Positions 13,601 through 24,900 of a stretch of 64,000 nucleotides of DNA are shown here, in pieces. A program made the translations under genes and the position numbers. Numbering within the stretch: the stretch's first letter is position 1; each line of letters starts with the position of its first letter. The notes under the pieces were generated by a model. The model had not been told where the DNA came from and searched no databases. It worked only from the letters and a program-made list of their open reading frames with translations. This DNA is from Geosiphon pyriformis uo1 (Eukaryota; Fungi; Glomeromycota), in NCBI GenBank assembly GCA_016748015.1, contig JAAOMT010000098.1:127368-191367 (forward strand), in the 5' to 3' direction.

Positions 13601-14599
13601 ACTCATTAAGCAAATTAAAAAAAAATTTACTATTTAAAAAATTCAAATACTTTGGGCTTTCAACTTTTTAACACTTATTTTTAAAAACTTAACTATAATT
13701 TTGAAAAGTTATATAAAACAATATTTATTTAAAAAAAAATTTCTTAAATTAAATTAGTCTTTGAACTTGCTTATTAAAAAAACACAAAAACAATATCTAA
13801 TGTATCAAAACTGGTTACCAAAAATGTATAAATATTAAAAGCAAGTTAACAAAATAATATTTACTATTATACTATTTTATATTTTTAATTTAATTTTAAA
13901 CTTCAAAATAATCTTTAAATTATTTTTTTAAAAATAAAAAATCTTATTAATTTTTACAGTATTACTCATAAAAATATAGAAATCATATTAGTATATAAAT
14001 TAGCCAATCAGAAGTAAATATAGTAAAATATGGAATTCCAGAATTTTTCTTAGAGAAATTACAAGATTTTTATATGAGAAATTACAGAATTCCAGAATTT
14101 TAAGATTCTTCTTAAGAAATTGCAGAATTTCAGGAATTTTAGAATTTCTGATGTGAAAAATTGAGAAATTAAGAAATTTCAAATATGTATATATAGCAAT
14201 AGCATTAAAAGCAGAAAAAACAGACTTTTTAGTTTGGACTTTTTTTCCTATCTATTCACTAATCACTTCAAGAATAGTTTATATTTGCTAAAGTAAAATC
14301 ATCAAATTATTAATAAAATACTTATTTATATCCAATTCATATTGTTACTATTTGATTAAAAAATATTCATCAAACTTTAATTATCAATATTTTATGTTGA
14401 TAGCTGCTGATACTTAACCACACTAGAACAATAACTTTTGATTATGACTATTAATGAAATACTAACTTAATTGCTTTGGCTTAAATTCTTCATTTTTTTT
14501 ATTTTTTTTTTTCTTTTATTTGTTTTTTGTTGTTTACTTATTGATTAAAAAATCAATGCATAAAATTATTAACATCAAAGAGACTGGTAAAAAACCTGT

Positions 14600-15980
14600 G
14601 AAACAAGAGTAGAACATTTACAGAATTGAGGATAGCTTACCAGAAAGATTACCAGCTATTATGCTGAAAAAAAATTTGACAGAATTGCAATTCTGAAAGA
14701 CTACTAAAAACAATTATTGAATTTTTGTCTATTATACAAAGGACTCAACCAAAATCTTCAGATCAACCAAAATTTTCAGAACAACTAAAACTTTCAGATC
14801 AACCAAAATCTTCAGATATTATCAATACCATTAAGCTATTGAGCACCAAGTTATGAGTTTGTTATTTGTTTCCAGACCTTAAATAATTATCTATAACAAC
14901 AGCTTATTTGAATTTACTTAACAAAAAAAAAATATTAGTAAAAGTTTACTTAAAAATAATTACTAAAATAAAACTAAATAGTTAAAAAACTAAGAAAACT
15001 TAGAAAAAAGCTTAGAAAAGAAAACTAAAAACATAATTATTTCATATTATATTGTCAAAATTCCTGATTTCTCAATAAAAAATAATAAAGTTAGAAAAAT
15101 AATTGGATAAAATAACAAAGACCATTAAAGTTAATAGATAAAATATAACCAAATTTTTTAAAACTATTTTTTACTTTTTAAAAAAAACAACAAATGTTTT
15201 TAATAATTATAATACTTTTAAAACAGCTTTTATTAAATATTTTACAAGTGTAAATACTTTTATTATTCTTAAAAATTGTTTTAGAAATATTAGACAATAA
15301 TCTAATAAATCTGTTATTACTTATTTAAAAAGATTTAATAAATTTCTTAGAAGAATCAAACAACTAAAAACAGAAAATTATTATTCAAATTTACAAATTT
15401 TTGATCAATTTATCTTCTAATTAAAAAAAATAGATTTTATTTACTTAATATTTTAGCCAAAATTATTCAAGCTGCCAAAAATTATAAAATGATAATTGAA
15501 AAAGCAATTTACTCCAAATTTATAAACATAACTATTGAAAAATCTAGTATAACAACAGAAATAAAATTTAAAAACTTAAAAAAGAAAATTAATGCAAAAT
15601 TAAGATTAAAATCAAAGCAAAAATCAGTTTTAACCACACCAAAATTAATTTAAAACAAAAAACACTGGGCCAAAAATTGTAAAATCAAAACAATAAAATT
15701 AGCAACAAAACAATCAATCTTATCAAATAAATTTCCTAATTTACAGCATTATTTATTTTTATTAAAACCTAGATATTTTCAACCAAATTATTATTAAATA
15801 TTAGTTTGAAATTATCAGCAAAATTCAGCTCTATATTATGTACTCAATATATTAGTAATTTATAATAGCAAAGACCAAATTAGTAAAATCAGTTTTTACT
15901 TCAGAATTAATTTCAATTATATATTTAGGAAATTATAACCATAATTAATTAGTCTAAGAAATAATAGACAACAAGGCTAT
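14600..15980 (+). mobile_element. Ty3/gypsy gag remnant
   Basis: FKTAFIKYFT..FRNIRQ*SNKSVITYLKRFNKFLRRIKQL..QIFDQFI (retrotransposon gag major homology region) at ~15215-15420. 18-bp repeat tcaaccaaaatcttcaga x4 at 14744-14817. Confidence 0.7.
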
Positions 15981-15981
15981 A

Positions 15982-16336
15982 AGCAACCCCAGTTCATATG
16001 CAGTCCTTATTGACCATTTATTTTACAGGGACAAGCACAGGGGGAACAAGTTCAGTTATTTAGGACCTCAATTTCACGTTTCCCTGGTTATGAAGGTAAC
16101 TTTTCTTGAATGATAATTGTATTCTGTACTGGTCCACTTTACATAGCTCTTTTACGTCAATAGCAATTGAGAAGTATCTGGATGGGCACGCACCAGAAAA
16201 GTGGTTATACAAACACTTTTTACAACTCTATCATGATATTATCCTCGTCAAGCCGCCATTCAACGATGTTTGGAGTTCACTAGATGGGGCTTGGCGCAGA
16301 AGATTTCGCGAGGTAATCAAGTCACGCAATGGGAAG
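15982..16336 (+). repeat. Left arm of a long inverted repeat (contains ORF 16106-16348)
   Basis: Reverse complement of 18276-18644, e.g. tggagttcactagatggggcttggcgca / tgcgccaagccccatctagtgaactcca. Confidence 0.95.
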
Positions 16337-18460
16337 GAGAATCACTAGCCTCATCGTCGCTTCCATTCTCAACATTATCTTCGTCTGCATATCGAGTAAT
16401 CCCGTCTTTGTCGTCTTTATTGGATTCGAAATGACCACCGTCGGATTCTTTTCTTTTACGCTTTCCTGCGGATACCTGTTTACAGTTAAGTGTTTAGTAG
16501 GGGCCTCAGTAATTATATATTCTTAGATTTGAATAACAATGAAGAAGACCTGCCTTTCCCTCTTTTTTCTAGTCTTCCAAATCGTCAACTTCACTTTCAT
16601 CCTCTTCATATTCATTTTCGACTTCAGGTGAGTCGAAAGTCTCACACTATTAAATCTTAAACAGTAGTATGATAATAATTGGTGTAAATATTGCCAGTTA
16701 CTCTGAATATTGAATAAAAACGTGGGAAGAAGATATTAAATATCTTACGATTTGCTCTGCAGGATGCCTGGCTTCACGCCGCTTTGAGCTCAGTTTGATC
16801 TCGTTATCTTCTTCAATGGCGATCTATGCAAAAAAAGAATGGCGGATATAAACTTATAAGAACAGCCACGGATTGCAGATTCTCTCTTGCCATGTTCGGT
16901 ACTGATCTGATTGTTGTATAATTATCCTTTTACAAATATTTTTCCTGTTGACTTGGACTGATACTCCGAGGGTTCGCACCACTTCTTTGTTTATAATTAC
17001 CTCCGTTTACATCTGTAACTTGATAATACTAGCGATTGGCAATGCTTCGAGTAATGAGTCCTAGCCGTCGAATTTGTATTCGATTCACACCCACTTCTTC
17101 AAATTTGAGAATCAGATCGTTCCAGTAAGCACGACTGCTCTCAATCTTGTTGGTGGCAGAATTAGTAAAACCATATAATCAGCATCCCATCATTAAACAT
17201 GAGCGACGCAACCAATGATGAGTAAGTAGAAACTTAATGCTCCCAACCAAGTAGATACGTGATTGGGAGTTTCACTATTGGTCATTCGCAACAACGATAA
17301 CCTAAGTAGAAACTTAACTTAGCAAGGGGATAATGTATTTACCTTTCATGAACACAAGAGGCGAGTGCAACGATGTCCGCGTGTTGAGAGTTTTTGCATC
17401 TTCTCATTAGTGATAGATAGACCACCTCCAGATTCCACGTCCAATTTATCCATTCGAACCATCTCAATCTCCACATTGTCCTCTAGCAATTCTTTTAAAT
17501 TCATTTGATCTATTTACACGCTCTTAATTGAGGACAGATTCTGAAGTATTCCGAGAGTTCCAATAAATGGAAATTCTTGAAATTGAGCCAATATTTCGCT
17601 AGAAGGTAAACTCTGTAGCAAGATAAAATTTGATCAGGTCCGTCATTGAAGGAGTGGTTGACATTTCAAATATATACCTTGACCATATTCAGCACTACGT
17701 CCGTTGCCTCGTCTATGGCACTTCGTCGTGAGATGAGCTTTGAAGGTGCAAGCATCTTCAGTGTCTCCTCCGTTACGAACTCCTTTGCCCTTTTGTTAGC
17801 AGGACCGAGTCGGTTGGTCATAGGACGAAGCACGACTGCTCTCAATCTTGTTGGTAGCAGAATTAATAAAGCCATATAATCAGCATCCCACCATTAAACA
17901 TGAGCAACGCAACCAATGATGAGTAAGTAGAAACTTAATGCTCCCAACCAAGTAATACATGATTGGGAGTTTCATGATTAGTCACTCGCAACAACGATAA
18001 CCTAAGTAGAAACTTAATGCTCCCAACCAAGTAATACGTGATTGGGAGTTGTCGTCGTTGCCGCTAAAATCCTAAGAATAAGCGACGCAACCAATGATGA
18101 GTAAGTAGATACGTGATTGGGAGTTTCACTATTGATCACTCGCAACAACGATAACCTAACTTAATGCTCCCAACCAAATAGATACGTGATTGGGAGTTGT
18201 CATCATTGCCGCTAAAACCCTAAACTTTTAAAAACTTATATCTTTTTTTACTTATACCCTTTTTCCAAATTGACGCTTCCATTGCGTGACTTAATTGCCC
18301 CGCGAAATCTTTTGCGCCAAGCCCCATCTAGTGAACTCCAAACATTGTTGAACGGCAGCTTGACAAGAATAATGTAAAGTTGTAAGAATTGTTCGTATGA
18401 CCACTTTCTGTTGGGCGACTATCCAGACACTCCGCAATTACTATTAACGTAAAAGAACTG
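16318..18460 (-). pseudogene. Rearranged spliced gene of unknown function with acidic, KRKRK-containing C-terminus
   Basis: Exon-like pieces KWSYEQFLQLY..WSSLDGAWRKRF, IESSRAYWNDLILKFEE, IAIEEDNEIKLSSKRRE, EVENEYEEDESEVDDLED and VSAGKRKRKESD..DDEASD, mostly bounded by GT..AG sites, one with a TACTAAT branch site. Internal stops and frameshifts. CpG retained. Confidence 0.55.
17127..18222. repeat. ~190-bp direct duplication (17127-17317 / 17828-18017) plus shuffled sub-repeats to 18222
   Basis: agcacgactgctctcaatcttgttgg...cctaagtagaaacttaa twice, ~700 bp apart. gtgattgggagtt-type and aacttaatgctcccaacc modules are reiterated. Confidence 0.92.
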
Positions 18461-18644
18461 TGTAAAGTCGACCAGTACAGAATACAATTGTCATTCAAGA
18501 AAAGTTACCTTCATAACCAGGAAAACGTGAAATTGATGTCTAAAATAACTGAACTTGTTCCTACTGTGCTTGGCCCTGTAAAATAAATGGTCAATAATAG
18601 GAGACGCCGAACGGATCAAGGACTGCGAATGAACTGGGCTTGCT
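18276..18644 (-). repeat. Right arm of the long inverted repeat
   Basis: Aligns to 15982-16336 with scattered substitutions and a ~20-bp indel near 18600. Confidence 0.95.
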
Positions 18645-20039
18645 CTTGGCACTGAGACGAGTTGCCTCTGGCCTTCGCTGACTTAAGAAGGAGCCCACCG
18701 GAGGAGTTCCCCATAACTAGCCCAACAAGTTGCCAGATCGCTTAGGTAGTTGCATCGGCGAGTTGCCCGACTCCTTTCCTATCCTCTAGCCGCTTTGAAA
18801 TATCAAAAGCAAAAATAGATTGAAGTTTTCAGGGGTGGCACAATAAAAGCAGATTGTTTTGTAGGAAGAAAAAATTTTCAGCTTACGTCACCAATCGCCA
18901 AGCCACAAAATGTGGTTTTTTAAAAACAATATTTAGAATAATAACTTTTTAAAATAACAATATTAGTTTGGTTATAGTAAATAAATATAATAAACATAAT
19001 TAAATAAAAATTAAACAAAATAAGTAATAAGTAAAATTATTAATATTATAAAACAATATCAAGTTAACTATTTAGTTTTATTTTATTATATAATTTATAA
19101 ATTTAGCTTAAATTTTTTATAATTTTGTTTATTATAAAAATATCTATTCTTATTTTTATTATACAAAATTTTTTTTATAATTATGTTAATATTAAAACTG
19201 TTTTAATTGCTATATTTTATATATAATTATATTTTTAAAAAAAAATTTATTTTTATTTTTTTTATTATAAAATTTTTTTGGTAATTACTCTTATATTATA
19301 TATTATATTATATTTTAAATAAGTTTTAAATTAATTTAGAGTTTCTTGTTAAAGTTTTTTTGATTTTTAGAGATTATTGAATCTTTTGGTATTTTGTTTT
19401 AAATTACATAAGCTATATTTATTTTTGCAAATATTAATAATTTTATTAATGTTATAATAAGTATATAGTGTTGTTTTATCTGATTTAAATGACTGATTTA
19501 TGCTTAATTAATTTTATATATTATATTAAATTGTGTTTATTAAAAATAAAAAATAAAAAATAATATTTTTATATTTTAAATTTTGGTTTTATTTAATTTT
19601 TTAATTATTTAACAAGTAAAATTTAATTATTATTTAGGATAAATTAGTTAGTCATATATTAATTATATATAATTAATTATTTAAATTAATTAAAATTATA
19701 TTATATATTTATTTTTATTATAATAATATTATTAAAAAAAATTTATAATATAAAATTTTAAAATATTAAATATATTTTGTAATTAATTAATTAAATAAAA
19801 AAATTATAATTAATACTTAAAAAGTAATTAAATATTTTAATAAAAAATTAATTATTAAAAAATAAAGTAATAATTTTATTTTTAATACAAAATAATTTAA
19901 AAAAATAAGTTTATTCTTTTCTCTTGTCAATCTCCTGACCACGACAAAAGCAAGAAGTTTACCAAAAAAAATAGCTTTTTCTTTTCATTTTCCACTTGTA
20001 GTTTTCACAGTTATTTCTATTTCTACATATCCCTTTATT

Positions 20040-21975
20040 ATGATGGATCTGGTAGGCTTGTTTGCTAATGGTTCTAGTTTTGTTTCAGTTGGGTTGGGAA
20101 TCTGGTCTAATAACAAAAAGAAAGTTTGTGTCAAGAGTGTATACTCTTGTAGTCTTTCATACAAGAAGCCTAAAACTCCTGGGGCTTCCAATAATACTGT
20201 GAACTCGTTAACTAGTCCTATTTCTATTGACGTCTTACAAGCTGGTGATGTGAAACACAAGGTGTCTTGAAATAGTGAAATGGAAAGCGAAGATGTTAGT
20301 GTTAGTGAGGTGTTTAACATTGAAAACATGAATAACATAGTGGCTAAAGAGATGAGTTACGTGAATTCCAATGACTCCGAAGCAGACAATATGGTGGATG
20401 ATACAACTCTAAGAAAGACTCGAACAAGGATGTACGTTTTGGGACAGCCACCGAAGAAACCTTTTTTCAATAATGCAAGTAACGTTGATAATGTTCTGGA
20501 GCTTCCTCCTCACATGTTTAATGAATCTAATCAATTGTCGCCAGTTAAGTCATGTGTTTCAGAGACTCATAGCTTTAATTCAACCAAGTTTTTTGCTTTG
20601 AATGTTGAGCATTCTGCTGTATCTGGCAAATCTATCAGTAAGAAGTTGATTTTTTTAAAAAAAATTTTTTATCAAGTTGATGGCTTTAGGAGTGCTTTGA
20701 CTCTCTCAAAATTTCCTGGAGTCATAAGATTGATCTTCACAAGTGAATCTAGTTTGAATAAGACCAAATTAATGGCGATCAATAAAAAAGTTGTTGTCAA
20801 CACTGATCTCAGAAAAGTAAACAGCCATACAGATTAGGAGATAATCGTTAAGGAGATCCCAGTGAATCTTTTCAGATCAGCAATTGAGGCAGTGTTTTCT
20901 AAGTTTGGTAAGATTGTTTCTGTTAAAGTTGCAGCTTGTTGGTCTTTGGCAAAAGGCTCTGGTAGAATATGAATCATCTGAAATGGTTGATTTGGTCACA
21001 GCTAGATGGTCTGTGCTTGTGGGAAAAGATTTTGTTCGTGTGGCAAAGGCAATTGGTGATAAACAAATGTGGGTATCAAAGGATCAACATCAGGCATTGT
21101 TGTATACCTTACCTGTTAGAATTACAGCTTATGATCTTTCTAGTTTACTTGAATCATATGGTAGGAAGACTTGTTTTATTGGCTGTAATCCTTTCTTATA
21201 TGTTCGTAATTGGTATGCTGTAATCTGTTTTAAGAATGAGGTGTCCAAGTTGGCTGCTGTTGGTTTGATTCCAGTTTTTAAGAGTGTGAATTTGTGCTGG
21301 GCTGGTCTTTGCTTGGCATATTGCACACAGTGTACACATTTTGGTCATATTACTGCCAACTGCTCTGTGGGTGGAAGTTCTGGAATTCATGGAAGATGAG
21401 TGGTTTCTGATCAGGATCATGTTTATCTGATTTATAAAAAGAAATCAGCTCCTGTTTCTCGCCTGATCTCGTTTGGTAGAAGAACTTGGGTGTCAGTGGT
21501 TGGTGCTCCTGGTGTTTTTTTTCATCGACAGATTCCTTTTTCTGGTTCTATTGATAATGGTAAACCTTTTTCTCCTGTTGTGAATGATTTGGAAAAATAG
21601 TTGGTCAGCATTGAAAGCAGTCTTGTCAGCCTCGTGGGACAAATTGGTAAGTTGGCTAAGAGGTTGGAATCACTTGTGCCAGCAGTTCCCCAGCCTAGCC
21701 CTGGATGTTAGCTATCGGTGACCCCCCCATCACAGAATCAAGAGGAGGATATAGTAATAGGAGTGGGTTTGGGTGAGTCCACTTGTGATAAGTCTGCTGC
21801 TGCTACTGCTACTATTACTGCTACTTATACTGCGAAAAACTTTTTCATGTTCCCTCATGTTGTCAAATTAGAAAATATGTTAAAAGGCCTTGCTGTTTTA
21901 GTGCTGAGTTTGTCTGCTTGTTTTGACAGTCTGGTTCTGGCTGCTAGTACACTTCCACAACCCCCTTCTCAATGA
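20040..21975 (+). pseudogene. LINE ORF1 (gag-like RNA-binding protein with CCHC zinc knuckle)
   Basis: ORF fragments 20040-20270, 20280-20837, 20884-21399, 21400-21600 and 21718-21975. CX2CX4HX4C at ~21322-21363. Confidence 0.85.
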
Positions 21976-24900
21976 GTAAGTTTACTTGAAAGGTTGCTAC
22001 GTGCAATGTTAGAGGAATGAACAATTGTGCAAAACAGGCAGACATTGTACATTGGTATAATGATATGAATAATCTGATTTCTGTTGTTACTGAAACAAAA
22101 TTGAAGGGAAAAATCTGCCTCTGAATTGTGAATAGGTTTGCTGGTATTCATGTTTTTACTTCAGATCTGAATTCTGGTCACATGGGATCTGGTGTTGCAA
22201 TTATTATGGACTTATCTCTGGTAAAACATGTGTGCAAAGTTCTAAAGATGTCCAGTTGGCTCCTGTTAGTAAAATTGCTTTTCAGAAACAGACTCTCTGT
22301 TTCCATTTTGGGGCTGTATGTTGGTGCTTCTTTGACAGTTTATTTTTTTCAGGCTGATAAAATTAATTTTCTCATTGCTAAAGCTGTGAATGAATCCTCT
22401 TTCATTATTCTTGGTGGTGACTTCAATAAGGACAGATCTCACAAGTGTGCCAGTTTCAAGAAGTGCTTTGATTTGGATTTGGTCAACTCTTTGGGTGGGA
22501 GCTCTCTTGATAAGTTACCAACTTGGTGCAATTCTTGTGGTGTTGCTAAGACAATTAATTATGTGTTTCTTTCTTCTAACTTGGTTAATGTGATCATGGA
22601 TCATGGCATGTTAGATGTTGATAATTTTTTTGACACTAATCATAAGACTGTTTCTGTTTCTGTGGGTCTGGGTGGTTTGTTGGACACAAGATTTTCTTTG
22701 ATGCATAAGCAGGCCAACAAAAATTGCTGGAAGTTTGGTGTCAAGAATGTGAATAAGTTGAAGTGGACTGAGTTTAAGGATGGTATGGCTGCCAATGCCT
22801 CTATGTTCTCAAATGCATTTGTGGCGGCTGGAAAATTTTCAGATTTGGATGCAATGTGAGACATTATTCGCAAAATTATGATTCTTTCAACAGGTAGAAC
22901 TTTCAAGAAAAAGTGGTTCAAAGGTTTTGACAGTGTTTTCAATAAGGTGTCTTCTAGGTTTTATAAGCTGGAGTTGCTGGTTTCTAAGCTGGTAAAGACT
23001 TCTCATTTGATTTCTGAAGGTGATTTTGCTTTGTTGTTGAATACGTGGGACAGGCTTGACTCTGTTGACACTTTATCAGTGAAGTCTCTTTTCCTTTCAG
23101 GGTCTGGTTTTAATGGTATTTGCTCTGAGCTGGCTAAGGCAAGAAAGTCTTACCGCTCTTCCAAGATGCTGGAATCTAAATGTGCTGAGAAATCTCATAT
23201 AAGACAAGCCATTGAGAATAGGATGGAGAGTTTTGAGTTGGATAAGAGTTGTACTATCAGAAGTGTTTTGGAGTGTCCATTTCACAAGGTAGTGTTAGAT
23301 CATTTGGTAGTGGCTGATGAGTTGGTTTTGAAACTTGAGCTGGTTAAATCTAAAGTGGACAGGATTATGGAGGGATGGACTAGGAGATGGTTGGTGGTTT
23401 CAGACTTCTCTGATAATTGGAAACGCCAATTTCGGCCTTTGGACTACATTTTTGATGGTGCTTTCTCTGGTGTTATGAACTTGATTAGTTTTGATGAGAT
23501 GTTCAGTGTCATTTTGAGCTTGCCTGATGGAAAAGCAGCTGGTCTTTCTGGCATCTCTAATGAATTGTGAAAGCATTGCAACAGAGTGGTTCTGGATATG
23601 CTTTTGGTGCTTTTGAATCTCTGCCTGGTTTGTGAATTGGTGCCTAGATCTTGGAGAAAAGCCTGGGTTTCAATGATTTCTAAACCCTATGAATGGGAGG
23701 GTGTTCTTACAAACACCCATCCTATTGCTTTGATTGAAACAGCCCACAAGATCCTTTCCAAAATCTTATCAGACAGAATATCTTCGGCTTGCAATGAGTT
23801 TGACGTTTTACAAGGGGACAATTTTTCTGTTTTAAAGGGTACAACTATGCAGTCACCCATTTTTGCCATTGGTTCTGTGGTTAAGAATGTCTTAGAGAAA
23901 AACAGAGAGTTGTGGCTGGTTTTACAGAACATGTGCAAAGCATATGATTCAGTTGATTGGGAACATCTTGAAAGAAGTTTGATCAAGATTAAAATGTGTA
24001 ACAGGTTTATTAGATTTTTTGGTAGCATCTACAATAATCACAGGAACAGGATAATAACAGATTTTGGCTTAACTAGTAGGTATGTAGTTTGTGATGGTTT
24101 GGATTAGGGTGAAGTTTTCTCGTCACTTCTTTGGCACATATTTTATGATTCACTTATGTGTAAGGTCAAGAGGAAAGGGGAGGTGTGTGATTACAGGTTG
24201 AATTCATATTTTGTTTCCAATACTGGCCATGTGGAATCTCAGGCTAGCCATCTGAATTGGTAGCAGCCAGGCTGCTACACAACACATTTTGGATGTTGCT
24301 AGTGAGTTCTTCAGGATTAATGATATTTTGATTAACAATAACAAAACTGTGGCTATTCTCATCAACTGCCAGGTTGAGACCCCTTATCTAACTGTTAGTG
24401 GTTTGCCTATTTTCATAGTCAAAAAGGGTGAACCTCATTGTTATCTTGGAATTTTTTTGTCTTCTAATGGTTTTTTGGTGCCCAACTTGGCCAAGGCTCA
24501 CTCGGACATCCAATTTTTTGTCAACCTTGTTCTGAAAAAAGCCATCTTAGATAAACAATTTAGTTATTTGGTCTCTGCTGTTCTGTTCCCTATCGTCAGC
24601 TACAGAACTCAGTTCAGTTTTGTTCCTATTAGCATATGTAATAAATGAGACACTCTGATCCGTAAAGGCTTAAAGTCTAAGTCTGGACTGCCACTTGATT
24701 TCCTCAATGATGCACTTCATCATCTTTCTTTGTATGATTTGAAGACTTTTGAACAGATTCAGGCAGAAAGCAAATTGGTCTCTGCCATTGTTTTTGCAAA
24801 TTCAGTTGGTATTTTGGGCCACTTATTTTCTTACAGATCTCATGACCTCCAGGTTTTCAGCTGGTGTTCTTGTCACCGCTTACTGTTTCTGGCTTGTGTT

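Larger units (their letters stand above)
5715..13625 (+). mobile_element. LINE copy 1, full length, decayed, interrupted by a solo LTR
   Basis: 5' end ctcttgtcaatc shared with copies 2 and 6. ORF1 ~5830-7750, ORF2 7747-13493 in fragments (EN, RT, RNase H YMDRS..SDSQ..RNECAD, Zn finger CLYC..NHVF). 3' UTR and poly(A) at 13617-13625. Confidence 0.93.

Noticed and set aside
17880-18222. CRISPR-like repeat/spacer pattern
   Set aside because: The intervening segments are themselves repeated and spacing is irregular; it is a mosaic of local duplications.
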